The notes beneath the pieces are model-generated. The model made no database searches. It saw only the letters and a list, made by a program, of their open reading frames with translations, and was not told the origin of the DNA. This document shows, one piece after another, positions 14,001 through 26,700 of a stretch of 64,000 bases of DNA (position 1 is the first letter of the stretch; each line of letters starts with the position of its first letter). The position numbers were made by a program, and so were the translations under genes. The stretch comes from Dipteris shenzhenensis (lineage: Eukaryota), in the NCBI GenBank assembly GCA_047967505.1, contig CM106538.1. One strand, 5' to 3'.

Positions 14001-16897
14001 CGTTTGAGTTATGTACCGCGTTTGAGTTTCTCTGATTTTGAATTTTGTGAGCATTGTCTCTATGGGAAGCAGACTAAATCAGCCCATAAAAGAAGGGGAA
14101 AGAAAGAGTTTGAAAAGCTTGATTTAGTGCATTCAGATGTATGCGGTCCCATGCCTACACGGTCATTAGGTGGGGCTGATTACTATGTGACATTCATTGA
14201 TGATGCAACTAGGAAAGTGTGGGCTTATGCTATAGCTCGAAAGAGTGATGTGTTCCAGGTATTTCAGAAATGGCTGGCCTTGGTTGAGAATCAGTCAGGT
14301 AGAACGCTTAAATGCCTACAGACTGACAATGGTGGAGAGTATCTCTCTCATGACTTTCAGCATTTCTGTGATACACGTGGGATTAAGAGGGAGCTCACAT
14401 CCCCTCGTACTCCAGAGCAAAATCCAGTTGCAGAAAATATGAACCGTACCATTCAAGAAAGTTTGCAATGCATGCTTTCCAATGTAAGTCTTTCTGGTGG
14501 TTTTTGGGCTGAGGCAATGAAGACTGCAGTGCATGTGATCAATAGATCACCTAGTAAGAGTTTGGACGGTGGTATTCCTGAAGAGGCATGGAGCAGCAAG
14601 AAGCCCTCTTACTCTCATTTGCGTATATTTGGGTGTGAGGCATATGCACATGTGCCAAAAGAGCTTCGAAAGAAGCTAGATCCTAAGTCTAGGAAATGCA
14701 TCTTTCTGGGTTATGGTGAAAGTGGAGAGATGGGCTATCGTCTCTGGGATCCAGAAGCAAAGAAGATCATACGCAGCCATGATGTGGTCTTCAATGAGAA
14801 GAAGATGCATAAGGCACCCATGAGGGATGTGGAAATGAGGAGAATCACTTTCCAGGATGTGAATCCACCTGCCTATGTTGATAGACAGCAAGCTGTCCAT
14901 GCACCAAATGTGCAAGAAATGGTACCACCAAGTACTCCCACAGGTATACAATCAAGGGTAGATGATGGATCATCTATTGGTGGAAATGATGAGCCAAATG
15001 TGGCTGATATGCAAATGGGACAGCAAGCTAAAATGCCCTTGAGAAGATCATCTAGAGTGTCTAGACCGCCTGATAGGTTTGTTCCAGGGGTAGACTATGT
15101 GATGCTTACTGATTGCGGGGAGCCTTCTTGCTACAAAGAGGCTATGATGCGTGAGGATCAACGCAAGTGGGAGTATGCTATGCAATCAGAGATGAGTTCA
15201 CTTATGAAGAATAAGACTTGGGACTTGGTTTCTTTGCCACATGGAAAGAAAGCATTGCCATGTAAATGGGTCTACAAAATGAAGGTCACAGGTGATGATG
15301 TGCCTAGGTACAAGGCCTGTTTGGTTGCTAAAGGGTTCAAGCAAGAGAAGGGTGTGGACTTTGATGAGATATTCTCTCCAGTTGTGAAGATGACCACACT
15401 TAGATGCATGCTTGGACTAGTGGCAGCAACAAAGGATATGGAGCTTATGCAAATGGATGTCAAGACAGCTTTCTTGCATGGGGATTTGCATGAGGAAATT
15501 TACATGGTGCAGCCGGAAGGCTTTGAAGAAAAGGGCAAAGAGCATTTAGTTTGCAAGCTGAAAAAGAGTCTCTATGGTCTTAAGCAAGCACCTAGAGAAT
15601 GGTATCAGAAGTTTGATGCTTTCATTCGGTCCCAGGGTTTTAGAAGGAGTGATATTGATCACTGCCTCTACACTAAAAGGGCTAAGGATAATAGCCTGAT
15701 AATCTTGGCACTATATGTGGATGATATGCTATTGGCTAGCAAGAATACTTATGAGCTAGATGCATTAAAGGCCAAGTTGCATGAGGCCTTTGATATGAAG
15801 GATTTGGGATTTGCAGGTCATATTCTTGGTATGCGCATCACGCTTGATCAGAGTAGGAAACTCCTTTGGCTTTCACAAAAAGAGTATGTTACAAAAGTAT
15901 TGCAGCGTTTCAATATGGAGGGGGGGAAGGCAATGAGTACTCCATTGCCTCCATATGTGAAACTGAGTCATACAGATAGTCCCAAATCAGATGAGGAGAG
16001 GGCCATGATGGCCAAGGTTCCTTATGCATCAGTGGTTGGGAGTCTTATGTATGCTATGATAGCTACTAGACCAGACATTGCATTTGCAGTGGGAGTTGTT
16101 AGCCGGTATATGGCTAATCCAAGAAAGAGGCATTGGGAGGCAGTTAAGTGCATCATGAGGTACATGAAGGGTACCAAGGAGATGTGCATTTGCTTTGGTA
16201 AAGGAGACATGCGTGTACTTGGGTACACAGATTCAGACTATGCAGGGCATGTGGATAGTAGGAGATCCACTTCTGGTTATGTGTTCACCTTTGCAGGTGG
16301 TGCAGTGTCGTGGATGTCTCGTGCACAGAAGTGTGTTGCTTTGTCTACCACAGAGGCTGAGTATGTTGCAGCCACAGAGGGTTGCAAGGAGGCTATATGG
16401 CTTGATCGGCTAGTGGGAGATTTGGGGATTCATACAGGTGTACCGACATTGCATAGTGATTCCATGAGTGCTATTCAGCTAGCACGGAATCCGGTCTTTC
16501 ATGCAAAGACCAAACACATATAGGTCAGGTACCATTTCATCAGGGAGGTACTTGAGGACAAGCGCATAGAGCTTGTCAAGGTTCATACAGATGATAACCC
16601 TGCAGATATGCTGACGAAGAGTCTACCTAGTCAGTGGTTTGAGTATTGTCGTGTATTGATGGGCATTGGATAGTATGCTCACTAGTTGTTCTCTCTTAAA
16701 GGCACATTGTCCTTTAAGTGGGAGGTTGTGGGGGTTAAAGGTCACTGTGCCTTAACCCCAGTTATGTACAATACTCAAACACATATATAAATGAATGAAA
16801 AAGAAGATTAGGGTGGTTCTGCACCCACCAAAACTTGTGTGGCTCTCTGTCTCTCTCTCTCCTTCTTCCGTTCTTGCTTCCGTTGAGAGCACTCTCA
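11006..16897 (+). mobile_element. Full-length Ty1/Copia LTR retrotransposon, family A
   Basis: 171-bp LTRs 11006-11176 and 16727-16897 (TG..CA, 2 C/T differences); TSD GATGG; PBS TGGTATCAGAGC 11179-11190 (tRNA-iMet); PPT AAGTGGGAGG 16716-16725; order gag-PR-INT-RT-RH. Confidence 0.97.
12605..16673 (+). pseudogene. Copia A gag-pol polyprotein, disrupted
   Basis: CYHCGKKGHMKKDC knuckle, WILDSGASFH protease, HSDVCGP/TDNGGEY integrase, LYVDDMLL RT, YTDSDYAG RNase H; in-frame TAG at 13016 and 16521, frameshift near 13520. Confidence 0.95.
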
Positions 16898-17989
16898 GAT
16901 GGGGGCCATGTGTGGCTTGATGGTTGGACGGCTTTAGATAGAGTTGGCACACCGCCAACTAGGCTACATGCAAGTGCGAGAAGGCATCCCATGACTGACC
17001 GCACTGAGGGTAGATGGAGCATTTCCCGGGGTAGCCCACTCTTGGGTTGCGGGGCTCGTTTGGAGCCTCAGATGATCCCAGATGGCTCTGGGCCGAACGG
17101 TGACCATAGGTTAGTTGCTCTGTTTTGCGCACCAGTTCTATCGTGTGGTCGGTGGCCTACTTTGGGATCGACGACTCCCAGTCGACCATTTTGGGCGGAC
17201 TGGGTCGGTCGCCCAATTGTCTCTAATCGACTACTTGTGGTGGCTATATAAGACCACGCCCATGAAGCCCATTTCATCACTGGCTATAGCAACCCTGATT
17301 CCTTAGCATCCAGCCTCCATCTTCTACTGTTTCCAGCTCACCATCGAAGCTTCTTTCATAGGAGCGCACGGTTGGGAGGCAGCGCCATCTATTGTATCAG
17401 TTCTACAGTAATCAAATTTTTTATTCTCCATACTATCTGTTTTCTCTCTTGCGTACAAGATCCTGTTATCTGTTGAGCACAGACGTTGTATTGTTTTCTT
17501 ACACATGCCACTAACATGCTTTATCCAAAAAGTCAAAAAAATCATCCCTCTCATCTTGCTTTATATCATCATAAAATGCATTACTGAACTATTTCACAAT
17601 CTGATGTAGATTCTTGCATAGATACAACATAGAATACTTCTAGAGTACATCTTGACAATATTACATCTTCTGAATGTATTTCATCTCCATTTGGTTGAAT
17701 GGATGTTTCTTTATCTATTCATCTTTTAGGGTGTTTCATTTAGCCTAAAAATAACGTTAGCTACAAGAGATAAGAAACACACACTAAAGACTCATAAGAG
17801 AACTCTCTAATCTAACAAGCACACAGTCACAACTACAATGCCACTCGACAACAAAGGCAACAACTATTATAGTGGTAGCAAGTAACAAAATACACAATGA
17901 CTCCAAATGCCAGGGAAGAAAACACAAAGAGTCAACGCAAGAACTTCAAAAAGCAAAGATAAAAAAGGGAAAAAGAAAAACAGATGAAC

Positions 17990-18445
17990 AAATAGCTAGT
18001 TACACTTGACAATGTCTTATTCAATGAACACTGTGTTTGAGTTTCCAACTATCTATACAAAGCCGGTGATTATTTGTTTGATTCGATTTCACATTTCATA
18101 GGAGGGAGCCTTACACCCATGAGTTTATGGTATATGATGGTTAATCATTTCATGCAAAAGGTCCAACAAGAAGATAACATTGCACTATTTGTTTTTTGTC
18201 TTCTCATGCACCAGACTTCTTACACAACCTCCACAACATTCGGTCACCGACTGAATATTTATACCGAATGGCTCTACCTACTAGAGAGGGTGGCTTATGG
18301 AGGCCTATTATTGTTTGGTCTTGACTTTACTCTCATTACATAATAACACATGGTAGCCATTTTCAAACACCTTCTTTGCAAATAGCATACGATGATAGGC
18401 CTAGAAGTATATCACACTTTGAACCAATTGTACCTATCATTTGTG
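17990..18445 (+). pseudogene. OTU-like cysteine protease (deubiquitinase-fold) domain, decayed
   Basis: YKAGDYLFDSISHF (Cys box; TAT 18071-18073 where TGT is expected), after a frameshift PDFLHNLHNIRSPTEYLYRMALPTREGGLW-RPIIVW, then LQIAYDD..SHFEPI (His box). Confidence 0.65.
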
Positions 18446-19269
18446 AAAATTTAAGTACAAGAAACTCTGGATCCACTATCAACATAGTCACTGTAACTCA
18501 ATTTGAAACCATTGTTGAGATGGATTAATATATATGTATTGATCTCTCTCTAACTGATCACATTTTTAATATCACATTGATCTATGTATTGATCACACTG
18601 TAACTCAATTCTTTTTTTGTCTATGTATTGATCACATTCGGGTTAGTTGTCCTTTGCTTGCCTCACAAGCTAGCTTCTCTTTGTTTTGGTTTGGCATTGT
18701 CTTCTTTTCACTGATCCTCACCATGGTAACATGCAGCTCGCTATGGCTTGCAAGAGAAGCAAATAGAGGCTGTGAGATAGGAAAACCAAAAAGCTTGGTC
18801 AAGGCGCAAGGAACAGATTGCAGGTTGAGGACAGAAACAACACGGTATCAAAATAGCAATGGAAGACACTTTTGCAACGTTTGCGAAGGGAGAAACAATT
18901 AGAAGAAAAAAGACTCCTTGTAGAGCAGTAGTAAGAAGCAGTTGCAAATGCATGCATTTGATCATTGCCATCAAAGAAAAGAACATGATCTATGATGTCA
19001 TGATTGGTGGTAGCATTCAAGGAAGCAACATCAAGCCATTCAGGTGAATACCAGTCTCGAGTCTTCACAAGATTTAGCATGCACCCTAAAGGTCATAGAG
19101 TGACAACCCTACCAACACCTCAGGAGATGCACGTAGAGCGGAAGCAATGCTCGATCATCCCAATCTGAGTAGTCTATGGGCTTCAATAGAATGCAAGAAA
19201 AGGAGAGGCAACCTAAGTGCGGAAGTCATTGCAATAGTGGTGACATTTTGGCATGAAAATATGAGAGTT

Positions 19270-21020
19270 GCCTAAACTATCCCAATGGTTGTTTGTGATT
19301 GAGATTTGGGATAGTTTACTTGTTTCATTTCTTGATACAACGTAGGTCAGTGGTTGCCTAAACTAGCCCAGTGGTTGTTTATAATTGAGCTTTGGGATAG
19401 TTTACTAGGTTGGCTTGGACCTAATGTGATTGTCCTAAACCAGCCCAGTGGGTGGAATATCATGCAACCGTGGCTGGTTTAACTCAAACACCAGAAGCCG
19501 GCTGGCTTGGACTTAATGTGATTGTCCCTGGTGGTTGGAACATCATGCAACCATGGTTGGTTCAACTCAAACACCAGTTGTGTGATTGTCATGAACTAGT
19601 GTGATTTAACAGAAAGTAACATCAATATATTTCACAACAGAATAGCAATATATTGTCATTTTACTAAACCAACCTAGTGGTTTGAATGTCATGCAAGTGT
19701 GGCTGGTTCAGCTCAAACACCAGTGTGGTTGAATAGACATTAGTAGTTGACTAGCTCGGTGGTTGAAATTACTGCGTTTCCTACTATTTGGGTCATATAC
19801 CACTTAATGTCTAGACCGGGATGGCTTGGACTTAATTGGTTGTGATTGTCCTAAGCTAGCCTGGTGCTGTTTCAAGTCAAAGAGTAGTATTTGTTATTTT
19901 CTAATTATGAAATTCAAAAATGAAAATCAATATACTTGTTATTATCTAATAATGACCGTTAGGCTAAACCAGCCCGGTAGTTGAAATAGTGACTGTTCTA
20001 AACTAGCCCGGTGGTTGAAATTGTGATCGTGTCCTAAACCAGCCCGATGGTGGAAATTGTGACTATCCTAAACCAACACGGTGGTTGAAAATTTTTTAGT
20101 GCAAAAAGGGGGGCTTGCATGTTGGGTCAGCAGGTTCGGATTGTATCTCAATTTAATGGATCAGAATCCTGACATTTCAATTGGGTAGAGGAGCTTTGAG
20201 CAGTGGAAGCCTTGGTACATCAGGAAACTCAAAGATATGAATGCTTGTTGTTGCCAATTTTCCAAACACACATAGGATTTGACTTGTGCAGTCAAGCTAT
20301 TAATGACTTGAGATCTGGTTCTATTGGAGCATTGCTCCATGGGGATCTCCCCGATGAATGTGCAATCTGTAGGCCACCTGGATCCTCATTATGTGTCGCA
20401 AGAAAGGCCACCTGGATACTCATCATGTGTCCCAAACAACCACCGTGCTTGTTTTTGTAAATCTCAAATGATAGATGAACCCCACGCTTGTTTTTAGTAT
20501 ATCCCAAACAACCACTGTGCTTGTTTTTAGTCATCTGATCGCACGTCATGGGATCCAATTGCATTCTCCTTGGTTGCACACAAGGAAAATAGCTCCCACA
20601 AATAGGCTGGTTCTCTTTAACTATTGTTAGATTTCAACCACCAGGTTGGTGAAATATTAGAAAATGCATTTGTTTATGGTGTCCCCTTTAGGTTGGTTCT
20701 CTTTAACTATTGTCAAATTTCAACCACCGCGCTGTTGTGACCACATATCCACGGGTGATCACAAATCCTAAACGAATGAATTGCATGCCATTCATCTTGT
20801 AATAATAGAAACAAACCATGGTCCTAGTGGCAATTAATATCCTAGTGTTGTGCAACTGACCACTACACTGGCGACCACTTATCTTGTACTACCGCCTTGC
20901 TATCCTAAAATGGATTGTATTGTTGTAAAGTGCTATACTAAAACAGAGCCCTTTAGGCTAGGTCACTTTATCTATTATCAAAATTTAGCCACTGGGCTGG
21001 TGACCATAAATCCTAAATTA
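19270..21020. repeat. Array of degenerate repeats with core CCAGC(C/A)CGGTGGTTG in both orientations
   Basis: More than 10 copies, e.g. AAACTAGCCCGGTGGTTGAAA near 20000; inverted copies at 20431-20533 and 20630-20740. Confidence 0.8.
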
Positions 21021-21127
21021 ATTGCAAGCTATAGAATCGTACTGTGTACTTCAATGGAAATGAATAGAAGTTTATGAAAATCACAATCAATCTCACTCTA
21101 AAATTATTCTAGGATAACTAGACCTAA

Positions 21128-21517
21128 GATCTGATACCATAAGAAAACATGCATGCCTCAGGATCTATGGAGCACTCTAAGGTGGATGGAACCTATGTGG
21201 AAACATAATGAAGAGAGTGCTCATGACATGTACCTCAAGTCAATTAGGTTCCAAGGTAGATTAGCTTGGACTGATAAACAAAATCTTAAGTGTATGTGCA
21301 TTTCTCTATTCAACAATACATGATAGGTCTCTTACATAGAGAGAGCCCTTACAATAGTTAACACTTGTGGAATCCTCTGATCCACATGTCTCCATGTGGA
21401 TATCCTTGATCGACATCTCCACATCATGTAGTCCACATCTTAGGGTGGATACTTTAATTCTTTCCTATACCATACCTTAGCCTTTAATCTATGTGCACAT
21501 GGCACCATATCTCAACA
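21128..21517 (-). mobile_element. Isolated 5' LTR plus PBS of a truncated LTR element
   Basis: Minus strand begins TGTTGAGATATGG at 21517; ATCTGATACCA (reverse complement of PBS) at 21129-21139. Confidence 0.55.
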
Positions 21518-23724
21518 AATGTATCATTTCTTATGTATCTTGTCAATAAGTATCACATAACTACTAGTAATCAACACCATGGGCATTGGTTTTGAAGGCA
21601 TGCAATGGAAAGAAGTGAACAAGCTTGTCTCGAAACAAAAGCTTTAACAATCTAGCCCTTAGAGGCCGATGAAGAGGAAGTCTCAGGTAGCTAGGCGAGG
21701 AGACATATAAGAACAATAGAGGGAGATGGAAGCACCCCAACCCAAGCTTTGGACCAGCATAGGAAAGGGAAGATAACAAATTGTTGAGTTAAAAGGATTC
21801 GATAAAATGCCAGGCATATATATATATATATTGAGGTATATGGAAATGCGCCACACCATAATGAAGTGGTGATGTACTTTGCAAACTTCTTCTATGCGCA
21901 CTTCATTAAGGGTATCCAAGTGGACTTCTCATCTTTTAATTACAAGCGTATGCATGGTCGTACTAAAGTGACAATCACCCAGTCACAATTGTCCAGGGCA
22001 TTGGAGGGTGCACATGGACCACTGGAGCAATAAGTGGCATAGCTCCATGAAGAGAATGTAGCCTAGTTTGAGCAAGTCCAACATCTAGAAACCAAAAGAC
22101 CGCAAACCAAGCCAGAGCTACAAAATGAGATTATAGATCTACATGCCCAACTGAAGAGCCTGGAGGACCTCAACAAAAGGTTGAGCCAAGAGGCCCACGA
22201 TGCATGTGTAGCACTAATTAGAGATGTGAGCATGGAGGCACAGTTAGTTGTTTGTTGGCATCAATCTTCTCAACCATATGCCATGCAACCCCTTCCCTCT
22301 AATAGCCCAGACAATTGTTTGTGCCCAATATGCTAGAGTTTGTTTGATAACTCAACTGTCTTATGCTCTGCCTTAATGGAGATTACTTTGCAAGGTGCAT
22401 GCCGAATAGCCATCCTAGATGGAGATGAGATGGATGGCTAGCTTAATGGTAGAAAATTGAAAAGATACTATGTTCCCCTCACTCTACAGACCCTCCAGGC
22501 CATACACAGGGAAAATAAGCTCAAAGTCAACGTAGTCTAGATGAAATGCCAGGCCATCCAAGAAGCCAAGATACATAATGCTACAATCAGACAACAAAAA
22601 CCAATGGCTTTGTTTAAGGAAGCAATAGAACACCTAGGCCCAATTGATGAACTAACGGTAGATCCAGCTAGGTTGAGTGTCCTATTATAGGGCCTGAGTA
22701 CAAGCATTGAGGCACTCATGGATCCGAGAGCGTGCCATAACTTCATCTCTCGTGAGGTATGGGAAGTGCTAAAGGTACCCCTAACCCTTAATGTTGCTTC
22801 AATTTGGGTTATCAATGGTCAAATCTTAAGTACATTGGGGTATGTGGACTTGAAACTAATTATTGTCCACTGCTAGGTGGTAGAGATTCATTTTGATGGT
22901 CTTCCCACTAAGATGACTGACAAACTGATGATCCTGGGTAGGACCTGGTGCTATGCCATAAATTGCCAAATCAAGTGGAGAGCGAGAACCGCCACTCTCA
23001 AGTATGATGGGACAACTTCTGTAATTTTGCTCTATAAAGACCACTTCACTTCTCCTATAGTACAACCACCTTCAAGAGGCAAGGAGATTTTAAAGGAAGG
23101 CAATTCCAATGCTCTAGAATCCTCCAACGCCCCTTGCTTCGATTCCCATAAGGAAATCCATCCCAATGCCGATCAAAGTCCTAGCCCTAATTGTGATAGT
23201 GGCAAACCTTTGCTGCAAACTACTCTCTTGCCTCTACTTTCTTGCCTAATACTATGAGCATGATCCAAAGATTTTGTGAACAATGGTGCACGAGGCCATC
23301 CTCCTTCATGCACAATGCTACTCTGAAAGAGGACAACCACCTTGGAAGACCAAAGCTGTGGAAGGGTTTCCGACCCCTCCTCACCCCATGCCAACATGGG
23401 AAATTCCATCAAAAAGTAGGGTCTTACAATGCCAATTGCTTCGCCAACAAAGACAAATTCCAACAATCCACGGGCAGAAGTTTCACAAGCGTTGGGTTGT
23501 GACAAATCCTAAAATCCCCAGGCTACTATCAAGGTGAGCGATATGTTTGGGTTCCAAATATTAAAACAACAAAGAATACATAGCCGCAACTCAATGGGAT
23601 TCATAAGCTAGTAACACAAGGACCTGCATCAACTCTTGAGGTAGTCCCACAAGAACTTACCCTCGAGCCTAGCACAACCGACCATTCTGCGAGCCCAAAG
23701 AATATCATGATTCCACGTATAGTG

Positions 23725-26700
23725 TGTTGAGATATCGAGCTCCACTCGCGATATGCCAGGGTGACCGTTGTGCATTTATGTCACCGACTTGTTAGCTACA
23801 GATGCGGTTGGTACACCGCCCACGAATGGATGACAGCTATCCTTATCTACACTAGTTCGTGGCTTAGTTAGTATGCCACCTTAGTTAGTTGAGTTTGGTT
23901 TGAGACCCACATATAGGGTTCTTCTATTTCTTTGTACTAGAGTTCTTTTGGCTTTCACAACTAAGAAGAGGAAAACTGTTTTTAGCCTCCACCTTTGTGT
24001 GTATTCCCCCATTGTGTATGTGAGAAAGCTGCAAGTGAGACTCCTTCCCTCTCTCCCACTATCTTCACATGGTATCAGAGCCTTGTTCGTGGTAAGGAGC
24101 TCAAGAAAGCAAACCAAGTTCGCAGTGTCCTAGTAAGAGGACTAGTGTTTCTTTCCTTTTTCGAGTTTGGGAGCAAATCTCTGCAGGTAGCATAGCCGGA
24201 AGTGCAAGAGTGCACTGTCTTAGATTGAGACGGCCTTCGTGGTGTGACTTTATTTTTTTGATTCGAGGTCATTTCGGGGTCCGTTTTGGAGGCAGAACTT
24301 CTCCACAGGCACTCAGAAAAAGGCCCTGTTTTTGCTGTGCGACCACTGTTCTGCAGGTCGGTGAAAAGTTGCCGCAGAAATTGCATCGTATGCCTGTGCA
24401 CAGAGATATTGGGAGTTGCAAAATCATCCTTATTGCCTGTTGATGCAAAATCGTCACTAGGAAGTGACTGTGTGGTCAAAAACCACTTTCGTCAGGTTTG
24501 CAGATTTGCCCTTATGAGGTAGAAGCTGTGTTTTTTGCAGTGACAGAATATTTTGCAGTGTTCTATAATGGCATCTGATTCTCTTTCACACATTGTCATT
24601 GAAAAGCTTGACAAGAACAACTTCCAAGCATGGAAGTTTAGAATGACGAATTTCCTTATGGGAAAAGGCTACTGGAAGTTCATTATAGGAAATGAAGAAG
24701 AACCAGTTCTTCCTAATGTTCCCAATCAACAAGAAATGCAGGCATTTAAAGGATGGCATGAGAGAGCCAAAAAAGTTATGTACTGGCTGTCTATCAGTAT
24801 TTCAGATTTAATGATTGTGCATATTCAGGATGCAAGTACGCCAAAGGTGGCATGGGATACTTTGGCTAAAATGTACAGCACAAATACGCAGGCCAGGAAA
24901 ATGCAGCTCAAGCAGGAGCTGCACAATGTGCAAAGAGAAAATATGAGCATCAATGACTACCACATGAAGGTGAAGAAAATTGCGGATGCACTTGCTTCCA
25001 TTGGGTCGCCAGTGGATGATGACGATTTAGTTTCTGTGACCTTGAATGGTCTAGGAAAGGATTATGCACAGTTCCGGACATCCATTGCCGTCCGTGAAAA
25101 ATTTCCTGATTTTGAGGAGTTGATTGCTCTTCTAATTTCTGAAGAGTAGAGAAATGGTGGTGCATCTTCTTCAGGAGGAACCTCAAAAGAAACTGTCTTC
25201 TACTCAAATGCTGGAAGGGGTAGAGGCAGAGGTAGAGGAGGCCGATCTGGAGGCTGTGGTAGAAATCGGAATATGCAGCAAACTCAAGAAAACCAGTCCT
25301 ATGCAGGGGGACATGGTAACTCTAGAGGCAGGGGGAGCCAAAGAGGTCGTGGTGGATGGCAGGGAGGCCAAAATGCAAACAGCAATGTTGAATGCTACTA
25401 CTGTGGTAAAATGGGGCATATGGCTAAAGACTGCTACAAAAAGCAGAATGACATTATGAATGGAAAATTGCAGCAAGGCAATTATGCATCCTCTAGTAGA
25501 CAGGGTGATGACAGAAATGAACATTTGTTTATGGTACAGCATATGACAAATTCTGTGACAAGTGTAGAAGAAAGCAATGATGTGTGGTATGTTGACTCAG
25601 GTGCATCAAACCACATGACAGGTCATGCTGAATGGATGCAGGATGCAAGGAAAATGGAAAAACTAGGATTTGTGGAGACTGGTGATGATACTGCACATCC
25701 TATTGTGCAGATTGGCAAAATTCCTTTGTCTATGCAGGATGGGAAAAAGAAATACTTGTCTGATGTGTTTCATGTCCCGAACATCACCAAGAACCTGGTT
25801 TCTGTTGGTCAAATGGTTGAGCAGGGCTTGCAGGTCAGATTCAACCCTCATGGATGTTTTGTTGAGGATATGAAAAATAATGGTCGCTTGATAGCAAAAG
25901 GAAAGAAGAAAGGCAGGATGTTTACACTGGATGCGGACATGCCTGAATTGAGTGCAGCAATGTTTGCACATGGGACCGGTGTAGTTGCAGATATTGATAT
26001 CTGGCATAAACGCATTGGTCATGTTAATGTACAACGACTTAAATCAATGCAGGCCCAAAATATTGTTGCAGGATTGCCTAAATTCAAGGTTGCAGAAATG
26101 CATAAGGTGTGTGAAGCCTGTCAATTTGGAAAACAGGCAAGGAAACCATTTCCTAAGCATGTTCAAGAGAGTAAAAAGCCATTGGAATTAATCCACTCTG
26201 ATGTGTGGACTACTAAAGCTGCATGAGGCTGTCACTATTTTGTCACATTTATTGATGACTTCAGTAGAAAACTTTGGGTGTATTTTATGAAAAAGAAAAG
26301 TGAAGTGTTTGGGCACTTCAAAGCTTTTAAAGCTATGGTTGAAAAAGAAACAGGCCTGCAAATAAAATGCCTAAGGTCAGATGGAGGGGGAGAGTACCTC
26401 TCAAATGAGTTTGCAAGGTTCCTGTAGGAGCATGGCATAAAGCAGCAATATTCATGCAGTCATACCCCACAGCAAAATGGAATTGCAGAAAGGAAAAATA
26501 GGCATATTGGAGAGGTATCTCGGGCCATGCTAAATGAAAAAGATCTACCAGATTATTATTGGGCTGAAGCAGTTGCTACAACAGTTTATATAATGAACAA
26601 GACTCCCACTGCAGCAATACATGGCATGACGCCAGAGGAGATGTATACTGGTAGGAAACCAGACATTTCTCATTTGAAAATTTTTGGTTGCATTGCCTAT

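Larger units (their letters stand above)
10930..17503 (+). mobile_element. TGTAAG..CTTACA LTR (about 680 bp net), interrupted by Copia A
   Basis: Starts TGTAAGCCCCCCATATGAGGAGAAG and ends TTTTCTTACA, matching both ends of 30643-31274; also shares CTATATAAG and TCACCATCGAAGCT. Confidence 0.7.

Noticed and set aside
16752-17306. Several overlapping short ORFs
   Set aside because: They lie in LTR sequence and have no recognisable domains
19270-20090. Repeat array as a CRISPR-like locus
   Set aside because: Repeats are degenerate, irregularly spaced and in both orientations, with no cas genes, in a plant TE context
23881-24522. Short ORFs in the B LTR and leader, repeated at 29068 and 58840
   Set aside because: Recurrence reflects repeat copies; frames are not preserved between copies
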